64,000 nucleotides of DNA, taken from the IMG/VR virus record IMGVR_UViG_3300008110_000030, positions 1 to 64,000 of that record; one strand, written 5' to 3'. Position 1 is the first letter of the stretch, and every line of letters begins with the position of its first letter. The notes below the pieces were generated by a model. That model did not search any database and was not told the origin of the DNA. It saw nothing but the letters and a program-made list of their open reading frames with translations. Shown here piece by piece: positions 15,947 through 25,189 of this stretch. A program made the position numbers and the translations under genes.

Positions 15947-16491
15947 TATGTGATCCTATTATATTGGTCTACATAAGATTCGTAACCATCAGTGTTAATA
16001 TACAGATCAAAAGGAAGACATAGTCTTGTTCCTGGACCTTGGTGTGTCAAAACTTCGTGTCCAAGATAACTTGGAAAAATTAAAAGATCGCCTGGCTCTG
16101 GGTGTATTTCAACTGGACTAAACCAGCTTTGATTAATATTGATCTGTTGTGTGGGCGGATGTAAAACAATCTCGCCTCCAGATGCCGTTTGGAGATAAAA
16201 TATCCCTGACAACCAGCCCCAAGGATGCCAATGCCATCGAGCACTATTGCCTGGTTCAATATACAACATGTTGCCGTTTAATTTTACTTCTGCATTTTTT
16301 GGCAACTCTTCCTTCCAGGTTTCAGAAACAGCACTCATGATTTTCTCATAAAGTTTTTCAGTAAACTCATCAGTGTCTTTGAACCATTTATTTTCATGCT
16401 GGCACACAACATTACTTTGAAACATAAGATTTACTAAATCTTCATTCCCGTGTTCATAGTGTATTTTGGTTGGCCAAATTTCTTTTTTCAT
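15946..16491 (-). CDS. 2OG-Fe(II) oxygenase (TIGR02466-like)
   Basis: WHWHP..LSGIFYL...FPSYLGHEV...R. Confidence 0.8.
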   Translation of the reverse strand: MKKEIWPTKIHYEHGNEDLVNLMFQSNVVCQHENKWFKDTDEFTEKLYEKIMSAVSETWKEELPKNAEVKLNGNMLYIEPGNSARWHWHPWGWLSGIFYLQTASGGEIVLHPPTQQININQSWFSPVEIHPEPGDLLIFPSYLGHEVLTHQGPGTRLCLPFDLYINTDGYESYVDQYNRIT

Positions 16492-17471
16492 TTTCTCAAT
16501 ACGTAATGCTGTAGGCTTACGTTTCCTAAGATAGTATTTACTGATATATCTTGATAGGTTTCTAAAATATGGTCCAAGAAGTAGACATTAAAATATTTTC
16601 TACCAAAATCTGAAAATGATGTTTGTCCAAGATTATGCAAATTGTATTGGATAATCGCATTTAAGTCTTCATCACTAATACTATCTTTTCTAATAATTGG
16701 TATCAAATTTAATTTAGTAACACACGGGTTCTCAGAATTAGAATGCACCCAACTGCCTAAAAAGTTAGAGCAATTTTCTACAAAATTAGATGAAAATTTC
16801 TCGTCATCAAAACATTGCCAGCTGAAAGACCCAGTTTTGAATACTTCAAAAAACCATGCTAGATTTGGATCACATATTAAATTCTCTAAATTTTTATATG
16901 TGTATTTTTTTGTTTTCAACAATTGTTGCAATTTTGTCTTAGCAGAATTAAGTAAAATTGTGTCACGTGTTTCTTCTATAAAGTTTTGCATATCCTTTTT
17001 TACAAGTTTATGCAATACGTTTTTTAATTCTTCTTTAAATGATTGGTTATAAAGATAGGAAGTTAATAAAAATTCAAAACTGATATCTTCTAAAAAATCA
17101 CAAGTATCCAATTTTTCTACACTGTCATATATGATGTTGTAGTCATCTTCTTTTATTACAGTGTCTTTTAATACATCAACACTCTTATCTAAACCAATTA
17201 ATTGATTTTCTTTTAATAGATGACATTTTAGAATCGTATAACATGATTCTGAAGTGGGAAATGCAAAAACTGACTTGTGCCATTGTGCTACAAGTTTAAT
17301 GAACAAAGTTTTGTCAGCAACAATGACAAGTTTTTTGTTATTCTTGATACAATTTAATTTAGCAATTAGTAAAAGTTCAAGCAGATCGATATCTTCAGTT
17401 GCAGTAATACTATTGAAATCTGAAGATGGATATTTAAAATCTATATAAACTTTCTTAAAAAGATGTAGCAT
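16488..17471 (-). CDS. Orphan protein, MLHLF-family paralog 2
   Basis: N-terminus MLHLFKKVYI. Confidence 0.75.
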   Translation of the reverse strand: MLHLFKKVYIDFKYPSSDFNSITATEDIDLLELLLIAKLNCIKNNKKLVIVADKTLFIKLVAQWHKSVFAFPTSESCYTILKCHLLKENQLIGLDKSVDVLKDTVIKEDDYNIIYDSVEKLDTCDFLEDISFEFLLTSYLYNQSFKEELKNVLHKLVKKDMQNFIEETRDTILLNSAKTKLQQLLKTKKYTYKNLENLICDPNLAWFFEVFKTGSFSWQCFDDEKFSSNFVENCSNFLGSWVHSNSENPCVTKLNLIPIIRKDSISDEDLNAIIQYNLHNLGQTSFSDFGRKYFNVYFLDHILETYQDISVNTILGNVSLQHYVLRK

Positions 17472-17477
17472 TGCATG

Positions 17478-18662
17478 TTAAATCGGGAGTACGAATCCAT
17501 TTAACTTATTTTTTTCATCTTTCACTACACATCGGGTAATATAGTTTATTAGTGGCATATTAAATTTAGTGAGATCAATTCCCCCGAATTGACAGGCTGG
17601 ATCAGCGATTGGTCCAGATAGTTGTGTTTGTATTACAAAATCAAGATCACTATCTGTAAATTGATTTGAAATAACAATATCAAACATTCTGAATATATCA
17701 TTTTTCCAAATGGTAGCTCTAGGTCCTAGGTTTTCAATGTCGTCAAATAACCATAAACGTTTCCAATGGAATTCTAAATGAGATTTTAATTTTTGGAACT
17801 GGCTCGCAGTCAATTTTTCAAATTGAAATTCTGAATAAGAAGTGTGTGCAACTGGCACACCTTGAACTCCCCAAAGCGTACTATCAAACCAGATGTCAAA
17901 TGCCGGGTCCAAAGCTATTGTGTCTAGATTACCTAGATCATATGAGCCAGTGGGGGTACACTCTTCGGCCATACTGTTGTTGCTCAATAATTGACGCAAC
18001 ATAAATGCCTTTGCCTCATACACATATTGTTGAGCACCAAACTTCAATGTAGTTTTTAAAATATTTTTAATGATATCTTTATGTGTACCATTGACAAAGT
18101 AGGAAGCTAATAGATATTCAAAACTTATTGTAGGTGTAATTAAAGAAACAAACCCATCATAAACACCAGTTTCAACAACAGTGGAGTTATACTGTGCGTG
18201 AAACTCTTGTGGGCTCACATAGTGTTCAATTTGTGTTTGTCTATACGGGCGTGTGAAACTGTTATTGACACTTTGGGTAATACCAAACATTCTAGTCATG
18301 AACATGGAACTTGACACAAGACCATATGCATCATCTGGTGTGGCATTAGGCAAAATTATTTTGATCCACTTGGATGTCAGTTTTAAGTAAGTGTCTCTGT
18401 CACAATAGATAACAATTCTAGAATTGTAGCTGTCAGCTTTTCGATTGACATCATTTAAAAATAATAAAAAATTAGCATATTTTTTATCTGGACCAATCAA
18501 TTCGTCTAAGTTTCTAGCAAATGCGATAAGATCAGAATGTACCACTCCAGCCAGATCATGTAATAGATCAACACCATTTTCTTGTGAAATCACATACCTA
18601 TTGACGTTTAGATCGATTGAATCGTCTAAATCTAAATAAACTCTTTTAAACAAGTGGAACAC
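17478..18662 (-). CDS. Orphan protein, MLHLF-family paralog 3
   Basis: GTG start at 18662 with AAGGAG RBS gives MFHLFKRVYL. Confidence 0.75.
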   Translation of the reverse strand: MFHLFKRVYLDLDDSIDLNVNRYVISQENGVDLLHDLAGVVHSDLIAFARNLDELIGPDKKYANFLLFLNDVNRKADSYNSRIVIYCDRDTYLKLTSKWIKIILPNATPDDAYGLVSSSMFMTRMFGITQSVNNSFTRPYRQTQIEHYVSPQEFHAQYNSTVVETGVYDGFVSLITPTISFEYLLASYFVNGTHKDIIKNILKTTLKFGAQQYVYEAKAFMLRQLLSNNSMAEECTPTGSYDLGNLDTIALDPAFDIWFDSTLWGVQGVPVAHTSYSEFQFEKLTASQFQKLKSHLEFHWKRLWLFDDIENLGPRATIWKNDIFRMFDIVISNQFTDSDLDFVIQTQLSGPIADPACQFGGIDLTKFNMPLINYITRCVVKDEKNKLNGFVLPI

Positions 18663-19359
18663 TTTGAATCTCCTTGATATCTTTTTCCATTGCTTCAACG
18701 AAGGCGTCAGGATTAAACTGATCTGTAACAATTGCCCAAGTTAGAATGAAAATAGGATTGTTTGGGTTGGCCCAGTAATGGTATAAGTTCTTTCCCTTAA
18801 AAATATAATCGTTAAAATATACTTCGTGATACTTAAAACTATTTTGATCTACAGTGGTGTAGAAATCATAAAAATCATCATATTTCAACAAGGATACAAA
18901 ATTAATTCCAATAACCAAGTTGTTATCAAATTTTGGAGCCTGCTTAATTTGTTCTTTATAATTGTCGTCGTTGATTGAATATGTATTAAAATATAACAGA
19001 CTATCTAATATGCTAGCCCATACATTTAATTGTTCTTTGTTAGCACTAATAAACTCAGTATAACCAAAGTCATTTACTCCCTTATATTGGAGTAACATGC
19101 GAATAGCTTCTTTTTCTAAAAAAGGAATATTAACTAAAAATGGTGAATTTAAATAATCAAGTAATAATCCATCAGCTAATTCAGTATGCGCTTCTAATTT
19201 AATGTCAGATGGAATATCTAAATTACTCAAATAGGTCAGTAACTTCGTTCCTTTTAGATCGCTGTTTGCATAATCAATAAGATAAAACGTGTCCTTATCA
19301 GTAAAGTATTTTTTTAATTCTTCAATTTTAATTGGCGCCGTTGTTTCAATAATTTTCAT
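18646..19359 (-). CDS. Hypothetical protein next to the candidate substrate
   Basis: ATGA overlap with the upstream gene. Confidence 0.75.
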   Translation of the reverse strand: MKIIETTAPIKIEELKKYFTDKDTFYLIDYANSDLKGTKLLTYLSNLDIPSDIKLEAHTELADGLLLDYLNSPFLVNIPFLEKEAIRMLLQYKGVNDFGYTEFISANKEQLNVWASILDSLLYFNTYSINDDNYKEQIKQAPKFDNNLVIGINFVSLLKYDDFYDFYTTVDQNSFKYHEVYFNDYIFKGKNLYHYWANPNNPIFILTWAIVTDQFNPDAFVEAMEKDIKEIQSVPLV

Positions 19360-19961
19360 CTTCTACCTCTTGAGTTATGGCAGTTGCTATGACAACTGAC
19401 ATGACAAACTTCTTTATAATATGTGGTTCCATCATCACCTAAAATGTTGGGTCTAAGGGTTTGATATACTTGGCTCATGCTAAGAATAAAATTGTTTAGA
19501 TTTCCTCTAGAAATAATGCTATTTGCTTGTATGTCAAAATAGTTGTTGATCGTTGTAGGTTGTTCACCGTCAGCAGTAATGGCAATTCTAGTTAGGTCAA
19601 CGTTACTAGCAGTTGACGTATATGGACTTCCTGGGGCAGGTCTATTACCACCGCCACCTGTAACTTTCCTAACACATCGTATATTTCTAATTCTAGTATA
19701 ATACTGAATAATTTGACGAACACCTTCAGTTAGTGAATCAGCTTCAATTCGTTCAAGAGAACCATAACCAGCGTCAACTGATACTGGATCTAAACCTGCC
19801 CAGTCAGTACGATGAGCAAACCAGCCAGTATCTGCTTCAGGAAATGGTTTGATGTTTGTGCCCCAAACAATACCGGTTTTGGCAACACCGTTAATTTGTT
19901 CAATTGTACGTTGTACAAGGGTTAATCGTCTAATTGGTCCTGGATTCTCTAATGCTGGCAT
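19356..19961 (-). CDS. Candidate radical SAM substrate with C-terminal (Cys-His-x-x)3 motif
   Basis: Ends CHVSCHSNCHNSRGRR; directly downstream of a SPASM radical SAM gene. Confidence 0.75.
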   Translation of the reverse strand: MPALENPGPIRRLTLVQRTIEQINGVAKTGIVWGTNIKPFPEADTGWFAHRTDWAGLDPVSVDAGYGSLERIEADSLTEGVRQIIQYYTRIRNIRCVRKVTGGGGNRPAPGSPYTSTASNVDLTRIAITADGEQPTTINNYFDIQANSIISRGNLNNFILSMSQVYQTLRPNILGDDGTTYYKEVCHVSCHSNCHNSRGRR

Positions 19962-19962
19962 G

Positions 19963-21018
19963 TTAAATTTCCTTGATTATGAACACTTTGTTGTTCTTTT
20001 TAGTATTTATGTTTTCTAACTCTAGCATCAAACTCTTTGGAGCCCCGCACACTTCCCCTTGCCACTCTAGTTGATGGCAATCTCCACCGCATTTATGAAA
20101 TACTGCACAGTCATAACATCTTGGATCCATGTTGCGTTCACAAGCCATGTTTTCCAATCTGCGCTCGCTAGTTAACAATACAGATAATTCGTCGTTGATA
20201 TGGCCAAACTGTTGCTCAGGAGCACTATTTGGGCATCCAGATATGGTCCCATCAGCGTTTAATGTGAATAATTTTTCTTCGCAATCTCTACAAAAAGTTC
20301 CACCACGAGTAAGATTGTGTTCAAACTTAGAATATACTGTTTCTAAAAACTCATTATTAAACCAAGTTCTGGCATTGTGCTGTTCACTCAAATGGTGCAT
20401 GTTTAAAAACCAAGCATCTTGTTCTTTATTAGTTGGGAATATATCAGGATATAGTCTAGCGTTTCCGTTGTTGGTCAATCGCTCTAAACTCATCTCTTTA
20501 ACACCTAAATCCCTAATCCACTCTAACAAGTCGAACGGATTCATTTTTACTGTTCCACTAGTAACACTTATGAACAGTTTAATTTCAACTCCTAAATCTT
20601 GTAAAGTTTGTAAATTCTTTCGCCATAAGTCATATTGTTTAGGATTGGCAAATCTAATATCTGGATCCCAACTAGTTCCAATTCTATTGCCTAGTGGACC
20701 TTGAATAAATGCAATAATTTCTGGAGTAAGTTTAAAAACTAAATTAGTAGTAACTCCCCAAGTCATATAGGGCCAAATATCTTTACATTGATCGTAAACA
20801 TATTGCATGGTACTTAGGTCAGCTAGAAAAGGTTCTCCACCATGGAATTCACAATGAACGTGTGGACTATCTGGAATTGCTTGTCCAAGCCTACCTAACC
20901 AATCTGCAACCTTGACGTGATCCCAGTAAATCTTTGCTCCGTTGGTTCCGCTAAAACAATGCTTGCAATTTAGGTTGCAAGTTTCTGTTGTTTTAAGGTA
21001 AATGCTTAATTCTTTCAT
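19963..21018 (-). CDS. Radical SAM/SPASM maturase
   Basis: LKTTETCNLNCKHC; FHGGEP; CRDC, GCPN, CYDCAVFHKCGGDC; start moved to ATG 21018 (ATGA overlap). Confidence 0.9.
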   Translation of the reverse strand: MKELSIYLKTTETCNLNCKHCFSGTNGAKIYWDHVKVADWLGRLGQAIPDSPHVHCEFHGGEPFLADLSTMQYVYDQCKDIWPYMTWGVTTNLVFKLTPEIIAFIQGPLGNRIGTSWDPDIRFANPKQYDLWRKNLQTLQDLGVEIKLFISVTSGTVKMNPFDLLEWIRDLGVKEMSLERLTNNGNARLYPDIFPTNKEQDAWFLNMHHLSEQHNARTWFNNEFLETVYSKFEHNLTRGGTFCRDCEEKLFTLNADGTISGCPNSAPEQQFGHINDELSVLLTSERRLENMACERNMDPRCYDCAVFHKCGGDCHQLEWQGEVCGAPKSLMLELENINTKKNNKVFIIKEI

Positions 21019-21473
21019 TGTAACCCAATGCTTATTGCCCACGTGTCCTTTTGATTGAACACACGGTGCTTGTGACCTTTTGGAATAGCCACACTGTCGC
21101 CCGACTTTAAGACGTACGTCTTGTTTTTAATTTGCACTCTTTTATGTCCCCTAATAACATACAGCATTACATTTGTGGTATCATGATGCCAACCAAAACT
21201 ATAATCAGTTTTGGGACTATAAAATAGATGAATATCTTTAATCTTATGTTTACTAAAATACTTTTTAATATGCGGGTTCTTTTCTAACCCTTCAACTTTA
21301 ATAGCAGAGTATTTACTAATACTATCTACATATTGAGAGTATGATAATTTTTGATTGGCATACCAAGACCACATGGTATGACCTGTCCTATCAATAACAA
21401 CGATTTCGTTATTGTCAAAATGCTCAAATGAAATTATTTCTTCTTTGAGCATTTTGTAAAGACTTTTTACCAC
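21015..21473 (-). CDS. JmjC/cupin-like 2OG oxygenase
   Basis: GWHHDTTNV...G.K...L..GD...IPKG..H. Confidence 0.75.
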   Translation of the reverse strand: MVKSLYKMLKEEIISFEHFDNNEIVVIDRTGHTMWSWYANQKLSYSQYVDSISKYSAIKVEGLEKNPHIKKYFSKHKIKDIHLFYSPKTDYSFGWHHDTTNVMLYVIRGHKRVQIKNKTYVLKSGDSVAIPKGHKHRVFNQKDTWAISIGLQ

Positions 21474-22381
21474 TTGATAAAACCTCGACTATACCCTTCA
21501 GGACGATTAACACCATCTTCAAATGCCTGGCGCCATTCTGTATTTCTATCATATCCCTTAGTCCAAAATTGACTAACATCTAAGTCCCCACGCTCAATCC
21601 AACTCACAGCCAGTTTCATACAATTGTGGAATGTTTTAGCACGTGGGCTTGGCATAATGATAGTCACGGCCTTCCAAAGTAAGCTACCAAAGTTTGTTAC
21701 AAGTGCAGGCTTCTTTTCACAAGCCATAATCCAAAGAGCACCTGGAGCAAGTAAATCTTGTTCAATTACTAGATTGTTTTCTCTGATGTCTATAATAACA
21801 TCATACTGTTCATATTGAGGTTTATCAACTAGAACCCCATTGTACTTTTGCCACATGTCTTGATTACTGCTACCAACAACTTCAATACTCGCAAACTCTA
21901 CATGTGTCAAAGATAGTGTATGATAAGCAATCCAAGCAAGAAATCCACTGCCAATAATCAAACAACGACTTTCTGGACCACTACGGTCACACACAGCACG
22001 TAGATCTTGTTCAACTAAATTGATACCGCAAGCAACTGGTTCAATAATGTATTTTGGATCTGCTTCTGGAACACTAACCCATTCATTTATTTTTACATTA
22101 TAAAAGTCTGCATACGCAGGCTCACCACGTGTGGCTATGAAATCGCCTTCTTTGATTCCACCAACGTCTGCACCGACCCTAGTCACTTGACCAAGTCCTT
22201 CATGTCCTTGCATGTGTAATGGCAGTGGTCCAAACTCACCGCGCATCATGGCAATGTCACTACGACAAACGCCGGTCATTACTGCTTTGACTTCAATCTC
22301 GTTTGGTAAAGGTTCGGGCTTCTCCCAAATTTGTTCTTTGAAAGCCCCATTGCTGTCTGTGTAAAGTAGTCTAGTTTTCAA
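21467..22381 (-). CDS. Zn-dependent alcohol dehydrogenase superfamily protein
   Basis: GVCRSD and GHEGLG motifs. Confidence 0.85.
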   Translation of the reverse strand: MKTRLLYTDSNGAFKEQIWEKPEPLPNEIEVKAVMTGVCRSDIAMMRGEFGPLPLHMQGHEGLGQVTRVGADVGGIKEGDFIATRGEPAYADFYNVKINEWVSVPEADPKYIIEPVACGINLVEQDLRAVCDRSGPESRCLIIGSGFLAWIAYHTLSLTHVEFASIEVVGSSNQDMWQKYNGVLVDKPQYEQYDVIIDIRENNLVIEQDLLAPGALWIMACEKKPALVTNFGSLLWKAVTIIMPSPRAKTFHNCMKLAVSWIERGDLDVSQFWTKGYDRNTEWRQAFEDGVNRPEGYSRGFIKW

Positions 22382-23265
22382 AACTTTTCAATCCTTTCAT
22401 GTATCCACATGTCCAATTCATATTGTTTCCCCCAAAAGTCATTATTACCTACATTACTGATAGCAACATCAATCATGTTCTTATATGCTTCTTCTGGGCA
22501 TAAGCCTAATTCAAAACGACGAACAGTTCCGTCTGACATTTCAAATTCTACTGCTCGGTTATCTGCCACACCATCCGCCCAGTTTGCTTCCATTTTCCAA
22601 ATACGACCATTTTGCATGTATTTGATTTTGCAAACGTCATCTACATCATATATACCATCACGTTTAACTACACCATACTCAGTGTCTTCAATTTTATCCA
22701 ATGTGTGTTTTTGTCTTGCTTCATGACCCGTAATAGTAGCAGTTCTCCAATTGTCATTTAGTGCAACATACAGACTAAGCAAGTGTGGCATAAGGTCTCT
22801 GCTGACGCCTCCATAGGATAGTTCTTTAGTTGTGAACCAAGTACCAGGACCTGGGATTCTATTTTTATTAACCCATTTGATTTTCACAGTACGTGCATCT
22901 GCAACACATTTACGCATTTCTTCAATGTTGTCACGGAACATATTGTTCTTGACCATTATGAATCGAGTGTTTGGAAAATCCTCAGTTAAGCACTGCCAGC
23001 ATTTGGCATCTTGCAAACCAGGCTTTTCAATAAAAACAATTTTAGCAACCTTTGCCACTCGCCTTGCTATTTCTTCATGTGTAAAGTTTGGTGTACAGAT
23101 ATGTGCTGTGGCAAATGGGCCATGTGCTAAAAATGCTGATTCAACTGTGGGCAAGTCAGCACGTTTGCCAATATCACTATCTACTGTAACCACATCAATT
23201 TTTAATTCTTCTAGCACTTTCTTATAGAGAGACCCAATTCCCATACCCACCACTAGGCTTTTCAT
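22378..23265 (-). CDS. Gfo/Idh/MocA family oxidoreductase
   Basis: GMGIG Rossmann start, ICTPNFTH, FIEKP. Confidence 0.8.
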   Translation of the reverse strand: MKSLVVGMGIGSLYKKVLEELKIDVVTVDSDIGKRADLPTVESAFLAHGPFATAHICTPNFTHEEIARRVAKVAKIVFIEKPGLQDAKCWQCLTEDFPNTRFIMVKNNMFRDNIEEMRKCVADARTVKIKWVNKNRIPGPGTWFTTKELSYGGVSRDLMPHLLSLYVALNDNWRTATITGHEARQKHTLDKIEDTEYGVVKRDGIYDVDDVCKIKYMQNGRIWKMEANWADGVADNRAVEFEMSDGTVRRFELGLCPEEAYKNMIDVAISNVGNNDFWGKQYELDMWIHERIEKF

Positions 23266-23735
23266 TGTTTATTTTCCTTAGTTAATTCACATACTAGCAT
23301 AAAGTGTTCATATGCTTTACGTACTGCTGGATTACTTAGTAGTATATCTGCTTCTTTCATCATGGCTTTGACTGCTTCTTCTGCGCACTCTCGAGCACTA
23401 GGCCATTCTAGTTGTTTGGCATCAGGACCAAACTCTTCTACAAGTTTATCCCATGCGGCTTTCTGTCCGGGAGTCAAGGGAGTTTCTTTGTTGCGGGTAT
23501 TGCGACGAATCTCAGTAGCATCCATGATGCGCTTAGAAATTATATCTTCTGCAACACGACCTGCGGCAATCATCGGAGCATAAGCCGGATCGATATTAAA
23601 CCTACGGCTACTACCACCAGGATAGCTTTGCACTAAATGAGTACCTTTAGGGAAGCTGTCACAAAACTCACTTGAGTACGTGCTGTGGGGAACGTAACGG
23701 CGACCTTTTTTAATATAAAAAATAATTTCTTTCAT
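23262..23735 (-). CDS. Hypothetical protein
   Basis: ORF coupled to neighbours. Confidence 0.7.
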   Translation of the reverse strand: MKEIIFYIKKGRRYVPHSTYSSEFCDSFPKGTHLVQSYPGGSSRRFNIDPAYAPMIAAGRVAEDIISKRIMDATEIRRNTRNKETPLTPGQKAAWDKLVEEFGPDAKQLEWPSARECAEEAVKAMMKEADILLSNPAVRKAYEHFMLVCELTKENKQ

Positions 23736-24040
23736 AGCAGTCCTGCGGAATCTTCTTTCAGTATCTTTGCATTTTGATTTGGAAATCGTTGTGTGAAAAT
23801 TTTGCTTATCTCTTCTATACTTTCTGCCTGTCCAACGAATTGGTTATCATCTTTTCTATAACAGTATAACACATTACCGTGTTTTTCCAAAGTCAAAAGA
23901 ACTTCTTCTGCTTGTTGCTGTTCTTTAATTTGTTTGACTACTAGATGTGTAATCATTTTGATCATAAGTTTTTGGATGGCCCAAGAAAATAATACCCAAC
24001 ATAGAACTCCTATCCAAAATCCATTCCAAAATTCGTCCAT
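23732..24040 (-). CDS. Hypothetical protein with N-terminal TM helix
   Basis: GGAG RBS before ATG 24040. Confidence 0.7.
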   Translation of the reverse strand: MDEFWNGFWIGVLCWVLFSWAIQKLMIKMITHLVVKQIKEQQQAEEVLLTLEKHGNVLYCYRKDDNQFVGQAESIEEISKIFTQRFPNQNAKILKEDSAGLL

Positions 24041-24067
24041 AAACACTCCAAATTGTTCAGTATCGCT

Positions 24068-24096
24068 ATTATAATATAGTAGACAACTTGTGTCAA
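24068..24096 (-). promoter_or_regulatory. sigma70 promoter (leftward)
   Basis: TTGACA-17 nt-TATAAT. Confidence 0.85.
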
Positions 24097-24138
24097 TCAT
24101 ATAAAAATATTTAACCAAACTGATTTTACCAAAAGGCA

Positions 24139-24167
24139 TTGACAAATGGTTGATATTACCTTATACT
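24139..24167 (+). promoter_or_regulatory. sigma70 promoter (rightward, divergent)
   Basis: TTGACA-17 nt-TATACT. Confidence 0.8.
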
Positions 24168-24216
24168 AGTAAAACGCTTGCAAGGTGCAGGCTTTTACAA
24201 ACTTAGGAGAATAGGC

Positions 24217-24561
24217 ATGAATAAGGCAGAACACGTAATTGAACTTTTTAAAGACCACTGTGTAAAGAGCACTGGCGTTGCTAATCAGTGGATTGGTAAG
24301 AGCAATACGTATCAGTTTGAAATTGGTCGCCCAACAGCAAACGGTACAATTAACGGAGTGATCCGTAAGTTAGCTGGCACTGACGTCAGCGGTAAACAAA
24401 TTTGGGCAGTAGCAGGTTCAATCAAAGTTGACCTAGAAGGCGAGTTCCACCGCGGTACTGGTATCCCACGCAGTTTGATGAAGGATCTTACTTCACAAGC
24501 TGAGTTCTTGTACACACAAGAAAAGGCAGCATCAACCGCTAAAGCAACTGTTACTGTTTAA
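24217..24561 (+). CDS. Hypothetical protein
   Basis: AGGAG RBS, start MNKAEH. Confidence 0.7.
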   Translation: MNKAEHVIELFKDHCVKSTGVANQWIGKSNTYQFEIGRPTANGTINGVIRKLAGTDVSGKQIWAVAGSIKVDLEGEFHRGTGIPRSLMKDLTSQAEFLYTQEKAASTAKATVTV

Positions 24562-24563
24562 CA

Positions 24564-24794
24564 GTGACCTACAGCGTACACAAGAGCCGTGTAAAAACTA
24601 TGCGGCAGGGCGACCCATCATTTATGCTTCAAGATGGGTTGACCCTTGTACCACGTGCCATGTTAGAGATTACTTCAGATTGTCCTACTCAAATTAGAAA
24701 TCATATTGTGTGGGCGTTTGATAAGGGTTATCTAAAATGCATGGCTAACGTATATACTGTAGAACATCTTAGAGACGTTTTGGCAGGAGATTAA
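24564..24794 (+). CDS. Hypothetical protein
   Basis: GTG-start ORF packed between neighbours. Confidence 0.6.
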   Translation: MTYSVHKSRVKTMRQGDPSFMLQDGLTLVPRAMLEITSDCPTQIRNHIVWAFDKGYLKCMANVYTVEHLRDVLAGD

Positions 24795-24795
24795 A

Positions 24796-25188
24796 ATGAG
24801 TATGCATCTTGAAGGTCCTTGGCTTTCTACAAGTGGAAAGAAAAAGGGTAAACAAAAATTCCGTACTGCTGAACAAGCAAGGAAAGCTCGCGAGCAAAAA
24901 GAAAGCTGGCAAGATTTACTGAAACGTTATGATGTCAAACCTGTTACCAAAAAACAGAAGATTGACAGCACGTTGAGTTCGTGTTATAGTTTACAGATAC
25001 CAGAAGGACGTAACACTACTTCTCATATTAAAAGTTTGAACAGTGGCTTGGGTAGTGCTACACTGAAGGCTCCAAAAGTATATACTGGGACTAAGGTAAA
25101 AGGTATTGCTACTATGCACAAGTCAAATGCTGTTCCAGTGTTTAGTGATGAAGAAGCAGTGGAAATAAGTAAAATGCGAAGAGGTTAA
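24796..25188 (+). CDS. Basic hypothetical protein
   Basis: AGGAG RBS; ATMHKSNAVPVF motif. Confidence 0.75.
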   Translation: MSMHLEGPWLSTSGKKKGKQKFRTAEQARKAREQKESWQDLLKRYDVKPVTKKQKIDSTLSSCYSLQIPEGRNTTSHIKSLNSGLGSATLKAPKVYTGTKVKGIATMHKSNAVPVFSDEEAVEISKMRRG

Positions 25189-25189
25189 T

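Noticed and set aside
19356-19406. c-type cytochrome heme-binding motif
   Set aside because: Spacing is CxxxCH, not CxxCH, and there is no signal peptide or maturation gene
7046-23636. Plus-strand ORFs antisense to the radical SAM cluster
   Set aside because: Shadow frames of well-supported minus-strand genes; no RBS or motifs
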